Positions 43,163 to 54,478 of a stretch of DNA of 64,000 nt are shown in pieces; positions within the stretch are counted from its first letter, which is position 1, and every line of letters starts with the position of its first letter. The notes beneath the pieces are model-generated. The model searched no databases and had not been told where the DNA came from. It saw only the letters and a list, made by a program, of their open reading frames with translations. Location of the stretch: positions 1 through 64,000 of the forward strand of contig JBHGNT010000089.1 of NCBI GenBank assembly GCA_043228905.1, in the 5' to 3' direction. The position numbers were made by a program, and so were the translations under genes. The stretch is from Azolla caroliniana (Eukaryota > Plantae > Polypodiophyta).

Positions 43163-43975
43163 ATGACGTCTAGACGGACTAAGGAACATAAGGATATACA
43201 AGACGAGGCTATAAGTAAGGAGGACTTTTTAGATATGTTTAATCGTTTAACAAAAATAGAGATTGATATGAAAAAATGGGTGAAAGACACCGAAACCCAC
43301 AAGAAAAAAGATAGAGAGGAAAAAGAAGCCCTCAAGGCCGAAATAGAACAACTTAAAGTAGAAAACATCGACCTTAAAAAACAACTTAAGGACATCGAGG
43401 TATCTCGAGAAGACGGTGAAATATCCTCTATAGAGGATATAAAGGACGAAATTAAAAAAGTTAAAGAGGAAGTTAATAATAACATAGAGTTAGCTAAAAC
43501 GGGTTGGGTAGATGTGGTTAAAAGAAACATTAAAAAAGAAATAAAAGAGGAAAATATTGTTAATACCACCCTTGAAGAAGAGAAAATGCGTCAGGCCCGA
43601 CGCTTAAATGTACGTGTCACTGGGCTCAAGGAAGGTGCATCCCCAAATGAGGACGCACAAACACTTGGGAAAATGTTAGGGTACACAGAGGCCCTACCTA
43701 TCACCAAAGCATGGAGGGCCGGGCGTGACACAACTAGGAAGAGAGCCTTAGTCCTTCAATTTAAAGACTTACACTCTAGAATCACTTTCTTTAAGAAGAG
43801 ACCACTCCTTCGAGGAATGGATGGGGACCCCATCTATCTCGATGAAGACCTCACTAAGATGCAAATTGAGCATCGCAAGAGTTGTATGCCATGAGTTATG
43901 CAAGCTCGTAAAGAAGGCCATCGCGCCTTTTACCGAGACGGGCGAGTGATCATAAATGATCGCACTACTAATTGA
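43163..43975 (+). pseudogene. LINE ORF1 (coiled coil plus L1-type RRM/CTD), premature TGA at 43892
   Basis: ATG at 43163; RRLNVRVTGLKE...RALVLQF...IYLDEDLT; the frame continues past the TGA as VMQARKEGHRAFYRDGRVIIND. Confidence 0.85.
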
Positions 43976-43981
43976 CGGCGT

Positions 43982-46900
43982 GTGGCCCATGTGACAAAAA
44001 ATGCACTTAGGATGACCCTATGGAATTGTAATGGCGCACTCTGGGCACACCCCGGCCGCCTAGAGGAGATACTAAAGGTATCTGATATACTTTTCTTGGT
44101 AAAAACACATCAGAGCCCAAATAGAGGACTCCCACGGGTCGAAGGATTCCGTTGGGAGTCCGCTTTTAGACAAACCTCACGTCGACACACTACTAGGGGA
44201 TCTAGAGGTGTCGCGATACTATTTCGTAGAGAGCTACATAATAGGATAGAAATAATGAAGATAGACCCAGAAGCTCGTTTTATGTGGGTGAAAGTCTCCA
44301 CAAGCAAAGACCATGCAATATTTTTCGCCATTTGTTACTTTCCCCCAAAAGGATCCCGTTATAATATTGGTGGCTTGACGAGATTAGTCGATGAAGGAAT
44401 GCCACATGGGCCTTCTCCATACGAACCCCTATCGGATGACATAATCCGATATTCTTCCCAAGGAGAAGTATTTCTTGTAGGAGACTTCAATGCGAGAACC
44501 CAATCCCGACAATGCACAGTATTTCAGATGAATAGAAACCTAGAAATGGTAAATGTTGATCCTTTAGACATCGGCACCACACGTAGATCAAAGGATCAAG
44601 GTGCGAACGCCACGAGCTTTGGCCATCATCTGCTCGAACTTGGCAGTCGGCACCAGATGGTCATATATAATGGTTTAGTTAAGTGGCCGGGCTCGGAAGA
44701 GCTCACATGTTTCCCACATGGAGGAGGGGAAAGCACAGTTGACTATCTAATAGGGCGCCCTGAAGCTACCCACATGATTAACTCCTTCCGAGTGGCCCAA
44801 TGCCCTATTGGCGCAGACCATAGTTTCTTATACTTCGAGCTAAAATGTGATATCTCTAAGGTCACCAAGTCTAGTCAACCATGCCATCACACCACAATAC
44901 ATTTCACACATGAGCTCTCTGACATATACTCTCAACATGTTCAGGCCCATCTCCCCTCCCTTGATCCCTCCCTACCGTTAGAAAGCCTTAGTACAAAACT
45001 CACACACATCCTTCACTCCGCAGCAACTAGCAGTTTCCCATATACAAAACACTCAAATCAAGGTAGATCAGGATCAATGCCACAAAATAAATGGTATGAC
45101 GAGGATTGTAGGGACCTACATAGACAACTTACAGTATCGCAACTCAATGGTAGTATTAACTCCATACAAGCTCGCAAAGAAATGCGTAAGATGACACGTC
45201 GTAAGAGACGAGCGTGGGAGGCATCCCAATACTGGGAACTCTACCATATGCTCATGAGTAGCGATTGCGCCACGGCATGGAAGAGACTACGGGAGCCAAG
45301 ACCACAAACACCCATCGAAGATCCTGAAACTTGGCACACATATACAGAGAGACTTTACCAAATCCCACACCAACCACCCTTTCCAATGCCTTCCACACCC
45401 TGGCCTACCACAGGGACACTTTTCACGACCTCTAGGGTCATGAAGGTCATAAAGAAATTACAACATAGGAAGTCCATGGACCACACAGGATTGCGAGCAG
45501 AACACATTATATATGTGAGAGAGTGCCTAGCTCCCTTGCTAACTCTAATATTCAATCGTGCCCTTGCGGAGGGTTTTCCACCACAGTGGACTATGAATAC
45601 AGTGGCCCCCATACATAAAGGGGGGGACCCCATGGACCCAAATACATATAGGACCATTATGATAGGCCATACCCTTGCTAAGTTATATGGTGCAGTAATG
45701 GAAGCAGAGCTTAGCGACTACATGGAGACCCTAAACCTTCGTGCACCTGAACAAGCTGGCTTTAGACGAGCCTTCTCCACTATTGATCATATCTTCACAC
45801 TTAGATGCCTAATTGACCAAACTAAGGCTCGCAAGAAGAAATTATATTGTTGTTTTGTGGACTTCCGCAAAGCCTTTGACACAGTCCCTAGAGAGCAGTT
45901 GTTTGATAGACTTAAAAGCTTGAGGATACCAGATGATATGGTATGGGCCATCGACGCACTATATGAACAAGTGTCCGGGTGTGTCCGATGCCCAGGTGGC
46001 CTATCCAATCGTTTCACTAGCAATATTGGTGTAAAACAAGGTTGCCCCCTATCACCGACGCTTTTTGGGATCTACATTGATGAGATCACATATTTTATTG
46101 CTCGTGAGGGAGGCACAGGAGTGGTCCTTGGGGATACGCAGGTTCATATCTTGCTCTATGTGGATGACATAGTTTTGCTCTCTGAATCCGAACACGACCT
46201 ACAGAGGCACCTTAATGCCTTAGATGACTTTTGTGTACAACGAGGATTGGTAGTGAATCTAGGGAAAACGAAAGTCCTTATCTTCCACACATCGGCCCAA
46301 GTTAGAGCTAAGTGTCACCTAACTATCTCCCATAGCCCAGTCGAGGTGGTTGGATCGTACGTCTATCTCGGAGTCACTTTTAGTGCCCGCTCAGGTAAAT
46401 TTTCGATGACACAGGCAGCGAAGGATAGACTCACGAGAGGACATGCATCCCTCTCACTCCTAGAGAGACAATGCCACCAAGCACACTTTCAAGAGCCACG
46501 GACTAAAGGGTGGCTCTTTGACCCATTAGTGACCCCCTCCCTCATGTATGCATCAGCGGTTTGGGCTCCAGGATTACCATCCTTTATGTGGACGCAATTA
46601 GAGAGACCATTGGTGATGATGCTATCACGCCAACTCCGAAGCAAATTGACTGTACCACATGACATTATTAGGGCCGAGTTCACGTTACCCCCAATGCTAG
46701 TAGAGGCACTTTTTCAACTTGTAGTCTTCATTGATAGGATGCATAGCCAACCACATGATAGAATATCTCATCAAGCCTTTAAGGCCTCTCAATCATTGTA
46801 TGAGTCCGGCTATACTAGCTCATGGTATGGCATGATGGTGAGTTGGCTTCTTGCGAATGGTCTAGACATTAATAACCTACCTCCCCTTAGGTACAACCAC

Positions 46901-47527
46901 ACGAGTGATAACACCTTAATATCTCATGAGAACCGCAATAAAGTAATACGCCAAGAAATATGGCAAATTTACACTCGGTGTAAATGGATCACCCCACTAG
47001 AGCCAGTCCCATCTAAAATGTTGTACTATAAGAAACACTTCATGCACTTCTCTGAGTTAGGTTTTATCACGCGACCAAAATATCTAGATGTATTCTTACC
47101 ACATGCACTAAGGGTTGTCATTGGAGAACTTAGAATATCATCTCACCAACTTGAGATTGAAAATGGCCGTACTAGTGGAGTCCCTAGGGAGGAAAGGATA
47201 TGTAGGTTATGTCACATAGAGATAGAGGATGAGTACCACTTTACATGCAAGTGTCCAACCTATCCCGAGATAAGGGCAAAATACCAAGACATACTTGGTC
47301 TGTCTCCCACCCTCCCCAAACTATTAGATACTCTAGATATAAAGAAATTAGGCAAATACATTCTAGAGCTAAAACAACACAGAGAGAATAAGTTACAAAA
47401 TGTTGACAATAATGTTGCTAATGATCACGAACATGAAACAAATGAAGTTTTTCAGGAACCTGAGGAGACAATGAATGCCGACACACTTGCACCACTCGGC
47501 CTTTCCATTGATGAGGCAGAAAACTAG
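43982..47527 (+). CDS. LINE ORF2: AP endonuclease, reverse transcriptase, C-terminal zinc knuckle
   Basis: WNCNG, VGDFNART, STVDY, ADH (APE); QAGFR, FVDFRKAFD, GVKQGCPLSP, YVDD, YLG (RT); LRISSHQLEIENGR...ICRLC...EDEYHFTCKC. Confidence 0.95.
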   Translation: MAHVTKNALRMTLWNCNGALWAHPGRLEEILKVSDILFLVKTHQSPNRGLPRVEGFRWESAFRQTSRRHTTRGSRGVAILFRRELHNRIEIMKIDPEARFMWVKVSTSKDHAIFFAICYFPPKGSRYNIGGLTRLVDEGMPHGPSPYEPLSDDIIRYSSQGEVFLVGDFNARTQSRQCTVFQMNRNLEMVNVDPLDIGTTRRSKDQGANATSFGHHLLELGSRHQMVIYNGLVKWPGSEELTCFPHGGGESTVDYLIGRPEATHMINSFRVAQCPIGADHSFLYFELKCDISKVTKSSQPCHHTTIHFTHELSDIYSQHVQAHLPSLDPSLPLESLSTKLTHILHSAATSSFPYTKHSNQGRSGSMPQNKWYDEDCRDLHRQLTVSQLNGSINSIQARKEMRKMTRRKRRAWEASQYWELYHMLMSSDCATAWKRLREPRPQTPIEDPETWHTYTERLYQIPHQPPFPMPSTPWPTTGTLFTTSRVMKVIKKLQHRKSMDHTGLRAEHIIYVRECLAPLLTLIFNRALAEGFPPQWTMNTVAPIHKGGDPMDPNTYRTIMIGHTLAKLYGAVMEAELSDYMETLNLRAPEQAGFRRAFSTIDHIFTLRCLIDQTKARKKKLYCCFVDFRKAFDTVPREQLFDRLKSLRIPDDMVWAIDALYEQVSGCVRCPGGLSNRFTSNIGVKQGCPLSPTLFGIYIDEITYFIAREGGTGVVLGDTQVHILLYVDDIVLLSESEHDLQRHLNALDDFCVQRGLVVNLGKTKVLIFHTSAQVRAKCHLTISHSPVEVVGSYVYLGVTFSARSGKFSMTQAAKDRLTRGHASLSLLERQCHQAHFQEPRTKGWLFDPLVTPSLMYASAVWAPGLPSFMWTQLERPLVMMLSRQLRSKLTVPHDIIRAEFTLPPMLVEALFQLVVFIDRMHSQPHDRISHQAFKASQSLYESGYTSSWYGMMVSWLLANGLDINNLPPLRYNHTSDNTLISHENRNKVIRQEIWQIYTRCKWITPLEPVPSKMLYYKKHFMHFSELGFITRPKYLDVFLPHALRVVIGELRISSHQLEIENGRTSGVPREERICRLCHIEIEDEYHFTCKCPTYPEIRAKYQDILGLSPTLPKLLDTLDIKKLGKYILELKQHRENKLQNVDNNVANDHEHETNEVFQEPEETMNADTLAPLGLSIDEAEN

Positions 47528-47917
47528 AGAAGAACCAGACGTCCTCGGGTGCCGGGTTTCAAAGCAACTCGACGTGATGTGGAAGCAATATTGAAAATAA
47601 GGGAACGTGAGCTACACCGCCTAGAAGCCATGGCTAGGGCACTCTCTACATTGGAACCCACATCAAAACCCTTTGACCCCCCACTTCTTTTCGAGAGGCT
47701 TGGGTGGAAATAAAATTAAGCTTAGTGTATAGTCACTTTCGAGTATACTACATATTGTACACTAATAGAACTCTTTTAGTTGAAGTTCTATTTTTTTACT
47801 TAATTTTATTTTAGTTATGATGACTGGATAAATACTCTATTGTTGTAAACCAATTGTCTCATGGGCCAAATTTGGCCTTAGAAGACGTTAATACATCTTT
47901 CTTTCTTTCTTTCTTTC

Positions 47918-49121
47918 TCACTACTATTGGTTAATAGCGATGGACGATTTATGACTGAAACTGAATAACTTTCAGGCAGGATATAGAACAATATGCATTT
48001 TGTTGTTTCTAATAGTAGTTATTGGAGGTATATCAGATGCAGTAAGATAGGAATTAATTTGTAAATAAATTTTAGTGAGTGTCTGAAATACCCAATAATG
48101 ACGATTCCCTACTATTAAAAGATAATAATCTTTCCACCCACAATAGTGTTAATTTCGCTTTCTGAAGGCCTGGTATCTAGCCGCATACCACGCTGAATGC
48201 GCTCATGTACCAATCTTATACAAAATCAATAAAGAAAACCTTTCTGGTTGCTTGCTGTAAAGGATACTGAATTGACATGTAGAATTCGTTGCTGTTATGA
48301 AGTAGATAATCTAATGCATACGACGCGCTTTCCATTATTCTACCTGTTGACAGAGTCTATTTCGTTTAAAGCGGTAAATTAAGTCTGTTATGTGGAGATC
48401 TCAGCCAATTATATAGATATAAGAAGGGATTGGATTCACCTATTATGCTACTAGCAGACGGGCTACTGTCACTGCTACCTCCACCACTACTACCGCCAAA
48501 GATATAGGTTATTACACATATATTTATAGTAGTGAGTACCACTCCCCAAAAAGACTTATTTTTATACATTGGTTCTTTATTTGTAGCGTCACCCAATTCT
48601 CCTAAGACCTGCGCAAGCAACATTTTCCAAGCGAGACCTGCCTGCGATTCTACTCCTCTAGCAGAAACTATTGATATTTTAATTGATTCCGAAGAATAAT
48701 AATTTAGCTCTTTGTCGTCCTCCACTACACGCTCAGCCGAGAATCTTCTCTCGCAGCAAGCAAGCAAGCACTTGAACTACTATCAGCCGTAGTTTTAGAG
48801 CCTTCTTCAGGTACATGCTTAGGCTGCACACTAGCCCCACCATTTTCGGTTGGTTGCTGAGGAAGAAGAAGGTTGTGTGCTGACCGCAGAACCAACCTCG
48901 AGAATCTTCTCCAGCTGAAGACATAAAACATTCTAAAACATACCTATAACATCTATTTGATCTTTTATTAATGGAAGATCTATCACGCCTATAAGGTACC
49001 ATGTTAGAACACCTAACAGTAAGACTTGCGCATTCACATATAACTTCTTTTTTGTAATAGTTCCATTCTTTTTTACACTCACCAGTGATAGAATCATACT
49101 AGTTATCCCACTTATTCCCAA
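47918..49121 (-). pseudogene. 5' part of an orphan decayed ORF with hydrophobic segments
   Basis: ORFs 48933..49121 and 48366..48767 and the downstream MESASYALDYLLHNSNEFY... lie in one frame interrupted by TAA/TAG/TGA stops. Confidence 0.4.
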
Positions 49122-49215
49122 TAGATAGAATAATTGATTACTGTCACCAGCTATAAACTTGTTTGTTTCCTTTTGGTCTAAAAAGAATTACCATTATATA
49201 ACCTAAAAGATGCAT

Positions 49216-50143
49216 ACAAATAGTTGTTGCACAACCGAATGCGGATATTGCGGAAAGCTCGGCCACCACGAAGAAGAGTGCCGAAAGAAGATGTGCGAAT
49301 CGGCTTCCACAAGCCGACAACTCACAAATTACGCGCACAATTCTGACTACGAAGAGTATAGCGGAATGTACGGGCACAACTCCGACTACGAAGATCGTGG
49401 CGGAATGTATGCACACAACTCCGATTGTGGCGGAATGTTCATGATGAAACATAGAGCAAACTCTATGTCGGCCTCTACCTCAACTAGTGCCCTCAATCCA
49501 GAGGACGTATGGTTTGTTGACTCCGGAGCCTCAAACCATATGACATCTCATAAAGAATGGTTTCTCGAACTTCGAGAGCCGGAGCGACCCGGTTATGTCG
49601 AAACCAGAGATGACACTATGCACCCGATTCGGCACATCGGCAATGTTCCGTTCGACGAAAGAGGTAAGCAAACATACATTAAAAATGTCTTGCATGTTCC
49701 CACCATCATGAAGAATTTGGTCTCGGTCGGCCAAATGGTTGAGCACGGGATGCAAGTACGATTCAACCAAGAAGGATGCTTCATCGAAAAAGAGGGCCGA
49801 ATGATCGCGCGCGGAAGAAGAGAGGGTCGGATGTTCATTCTCGATTCACATGCGATGAAATCCGCCATGTTTGCAAAAAGCACGAAAGCCAACTCCAACA
49901 TAGAGCTATAGCACAAGCGAATCGGCCACATCAATCTCAACAAACTCAAAGCAATGAAATTGAAAGGAGTCGTCATCGGACTCCTGACGTTCAAAGAGAA
50001 GGAGATTGAAGGTGTATGCGAAGCGTGCCAATTCGGGAAGCAACACCGACACCCATTCCCGAAAGAGTAGAACGTGAGCAAAGGTCTACTTAACGTAGTC
50101 CAGTCCGACGTATGGGGATCAGCGCAGACGGCTACAATCAGCG
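49216..50143 (+). pseudogene. Ty1/Copia fragment: zinc knuckle, protease, GAG-pre-integrase
   Basis: CGYCGKLGHHEEEC, WFVDSGASNHMT, NVLHVP...NLVSVGQ, L*HKRIGH, VCEACQFGKQ. Confidence 0.92.
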
Positions 50144-51154
50144 TGTTGATCGGCAAGCTCAACCGGATCTGGATGGGCTGAATAAGTCTGAGCCGGATCG
50201 GCATCCGGAAGGATGAAACCGGATTAGTGAGATGGATCGGAGAGCCGGTAAGCTGGGGAGCCGGTTAGCTGGATCAAACAGTAACCGGAAGCCTAGTAGT
50301 AGCATAGACTACTAGGTAGTTAATGTCTCATAGTTAGTGTCAGACGCTCGTATGAGCATTGAAGTACACAATACTTCTGTTAGTCCTCTTAGGACTTGTA
50401 TAAATAGTGTTGTTGAGCACGTTTTATGTATAGAGAACTACTATTGTTTTGTGATAGATCTAACTTGTTCTGCTCTTTCTCTGTCTCTCCCGCATACTGT
50501 AAAGCTTTCCATTAAACCTGTGTTTCTGTGTTCGATTTTCTACTTGCTTCCACACACAATTCTTTTACATGGTTGAGAACCTCTGCATACTGTATCAGAG
50601 CGCGAGGGTTGAGAACCTCTGCAGCTGACATAGCTTGAAAAGAAAACCAACCAAGAAGAACAAGAAAAACAAAATGGATAGAGGCATGGCTAGCTCGCTT
50701 CCTACTGAGAAGCTCGACAGAAACAACTACGCATCTTGGTCCTACAAGATGCACCAGTACTTGCTCGGGCACGATTACTGGAGCTATGTCGACGAAGCAA
50801 ATGACACAACACCCGAATCAACACACAGAGATTTCTTGATGTGGGAACAATCAGCGAGTAGCGTATTGTATTGCTTCGCGTCTTCTGTGGGTGAACAACT
50901 TCTGAGCTATATTCGGGATACGAAAATGCCAAAGGATGCTTGGGGAAATCTGAAGAAGATTTTTGCCGCAAGCACCACAGCCAGGAAGCTTCAACTCCGA
51001 CGGGAGTTAAGCAACTTACGACAACGCGACTTGTCGGTGGCTGATTACACCTCGAAGATGAAAGAGATATGCGACTCCCTAGCCTCTATCGATGTGAACA
51101 TCGAGGAAGGCGAGACGGTCCAGGTCTGTATCTTGGGACTGGCGTCAAAGTTCA
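50144..51154 (+). mobile_element. 5' end of a Copia element: LTR 50144-50569, disrupted iMet PBS, gag start (ATG 50674)
   Basis: LTR TGTTGATCGGCAAGCTCAACCGGATC...TTTTACA; tggt...tatcagagc; EKLDRNNYASWSYKMHQYLLG (Copia gag N-terminus). Confidence 0.88.
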
Positions 51155-52249
51155 TGTTACCCGGACAAGTATGGATTCGTCGGAATCGGAAAGATGTTCG
51201 GAGTCAGAGTCAGAGTCGGATCGATGACTCAACAGATAGCCGAATAGGACATAGTTAGTTACGAAGTTTTGTAATTCTTGTTAATTATAGGTAGTAGGAT
51301 TTCTTGATGAGAAAAGACCGTCGGGTTACCTATAAAACGAACCGAAGGCATTGTAAAAATCTATCGTTGTATTTAGTAATATGAAGTTTGGTTAGGAAAT
51401 CTCCGTGTACGGATTGCTTCTTGCCATCTAGTTCTTTCTGTCTACACTATATTACATAAGTCACGATCTCAGTGTCTATTATCACCGATAAGTTTATAGA
51501 TCATTCGTGTCTATTCGTTTAACCACAACTTCTTGATAGAACGTTCGGTATGAACGTTGTCGTGAAGAAAACCGTCCCTAGGCGCAAACCGTGTATAGTG
51601 TGTGTGAACCGGCCCTTACACGTGGGCACACCCCTTGTTGTATAGTGGATAGGTAGGCACACAGGTCAAATCCTAGGTAGCAATATTCTATAGGGGAAAT
51701 TGAGGAGTATCTCTATCCGAAAGGACAGAGAATTAATGTGATGTAAATGGGTGAAACGGCCTCCCTCCTTGAGCTATAAAAGAGAGGGAGACGGGGGAGA
51801 AAAGGTATCGCGCGCTAGAGGGGACGAAGTGCTGTCGGACTGGAACTGAGCTCTTCTTCTCTGTCGTTCTCCATAGCTTTCTTTTCCGCAGGTTCTCAGG
51901 AGGTTGATCCTGCTCCGTGGAACGCCCGTGTGCTTCCGGCAGAATCTCCATCTTGCTCTCCTGTGTGCGTGGGTGATCAGGCGCCGGCATCCATCTCGCC
52001 GACCTGATCGGCTGTAACTGTTCGAGTCGTCTGCATACATACAAATACATACACATATTTATATACATACGCTAGCGTTCTCAACTCGTGTCTCCTGTGT
52101 TGTTGGGCCGCTTCCCCGTGCACTTCTTTGTCTATACGTGTGTGAGCGTCTCCCGCTCTCTCTCTCTCTCTCTCTCTCCCTCTTCTCACCTATTCCTCGG
52201 TCCAAGACCCCAGTGGTCCCGCCTTGTTCTCCACGCATGCGCGTACCAA

Positions 52250-54204
52250 CGCGACATACCGGAAGAGAGGCGTCTAGCTGGATTCCCTCGAGTGGCGATG
52301 CCGGGTATCCATACGGAGGTGCTCGAGGTATGGGCCGAGAGCCGGACCTGGGAGAAGTTCGAAGGTCGGCTCCTTGAAAAATACGGGCTTGAAGATGCGC
52401 TTCGACTTTCGAAGCGGGACTTCATGGAGTGGGTGGAGACCCCCGACAAAGGAAGGAATGCGTCGGTGCTCCTCCGGGAGTTTGAGGAACGCTTCGTGCG
52501 CCTCTCGGTGCTTGACTGGACCATTCTGGACACAAGCCGCGTCCTATTGTTTGTTAAGTCAGTTGATGAGCGGGATCGGGAGCAGGTAGGCCTCCTATTG
52601 GAGACTGATGACGGGCTGACGGGCGACTGGGCCGTGGAGAAAAGGGTCTATGGCCGTTTCGACAAATGACGGGAATGGGTTGACAAAGGATCGACAGGGG
52701 CGGGCTCTGTCACAGCGAGGAAGCTCGAGCCAATGCCACCAACGCGAAGGGAAGAGACCCGAGATTGGCTCGAGACCGGATCGGCTTCGACCGACATGGT
52801 CAAGGGCTCGTCCGGGGGAGCAACTCTGGAGGAACTGACGCGGATGGTAAAGGATCTGCAGATCGTCCAGGCACGGAGGGACGGTAGTGAATAGGGCCGT
52901 GACCGACGACCTCTGGTTGGAAACAGGTGCATGTGGTTTGACACGGTTGGCCACATCCGGAAGGACTGCGGGGACTTCGTCAAGGCGATGAGAAGCAACA
53001 TGGTGTACCTGTGGAACGGTCGGGTGCACGCCAGCGAAACTCGAAGGCCCCTGGACCTGAACGTCGGGCGAGGGGGTATGAAAAGGCTGATGGAGGAGGC
53101 GGCGGCTCGTCACGCGGAGACCGTCCACTATTCAGCGTCAGCTGGTATTCGGGTCGGAGGTGGCGAGGCCCCGAAGACGAACATAGCCTGGTTCTGGCCG
53201 ACGATGCTAGAAGGCCTCGCCGGCGCACGACTAAGGAAAGAAGAGGTGGACCGCGCGGAAAAACGGGTTCGGGAGGTGACCGGGTGGAGTGACCCGTTGG
53301 AAGAAAAGATGGGCTTCGTCGAAGCCGCTTGTCAAAACTACGAGGCTCTGGTGGAGGACAAGCGGGTAGGGAAAACTGGAGGGGCCGGGCCCTCACAACG
53401 ATATGAAACTCGATTCGGGCAAAGACGAAATGAGGCCGGTGTAACCGGCGCCCAGGATAATCCCAAGAGGGGCGGGTACCGGCTGGGCACAGAAATCGAA
53501 AGATCCACGGACCTGCGAAAGGTCCTGGAAGAACGAATCCTCGATAGCAAGGTGGAACTGTCGCTGAGGGAAGTGCTCGGGATCGCCAAGAAGGAGTTCC
53601 ACGACTCCATCGTAGACTTGGTGAAGAGGAAGAGGCTGTCGACGGAGACAGAACTGGAGAAGCCGGTGGAGGTGCGGTGACGACGCACATAGAGGACATG
53701 GCGCTGGAAGAGGAGTTGGCAGAGAGCCACTATTCGAGGCCGCACTGGGCCAGAGTGACCATGGAGACCCCCGTGAAGATCGGAGATGGTCATGAACCGG
53801 TGGTGGCGCTGGTGGACTACGGTTCAGAAATCAATTTGATGTCCATGGACTTCTATAAGAAAGGGAAATGGCCGATCAACACCAAGCACGGGTGGAAAAT
53901 ACGGGCAGCGACGCGTGCCACCGAAGAACTGCATGGAGCCTACCCGAACGTACGAGTGAAGATCGGTGATGTCGAGATTGACCAGCACTTCTTCGTGCAG
54001 GAGACGTCCTCACATCCGGTTATACTAGGAGAACCGTACATCACGGCAGCACGGATGGAGACCAAGGTGCTGCTGGACAACGGCTCGGCCTATGCAAGGG
54101 TCAAGAGCCAGGATGGGTGTCACTCGGTCCAGTTCCTGACGGTGAGACCGAACCATGAGCGGAACCGCGAGACCCTCGGGGGCGAAAGCCGAGAGGATTT
54201 TTAG
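52250..54204 (+). pseudogene. Gag-protease of element C'
   Basis: ORFs 52088..52669, 52931..53680 and 53677..54204, with stops and one frameshift. Confidence 0.85.
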
Positions 54205-54478
54205 AGAGGGCTATCAAGGCGTGGGGCTGCGATAGTCCGGACACTTCGGGAAAACCCCACAAGTGTACGATAGCAAAGAAGACCTGTGCTATAAGTAGGA
54301 AATTTTGGTTCTCCGACAACGGAGGGTGTATGATAGTCGACGTTGTTGGTCGGAAGAAGAAAAGGGCGGAGGAGCAACTTCGGGCATGTGATATCCTCGG
54401 CCTTGGAGAGGAAATCAACGGAGCCGTGGAGGCAGTCTCTTTCGTCGATACCTTGGGGGAGCTGTGACAGGTAGTCAG

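Larger units (their letters stand above)
42606..47917 (+). mobile_element. Full-length LINE, RTE-X-like
   Basis: (CT)/(GTCGCC)-rich 5' UTR, ORF1, ORF2 (APE-RT-CCHC), 3' (CTTT)n tail at 47897-47917, and putative TSD TCACT (42601-05 and 47918-22). Confidence 0.9.
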
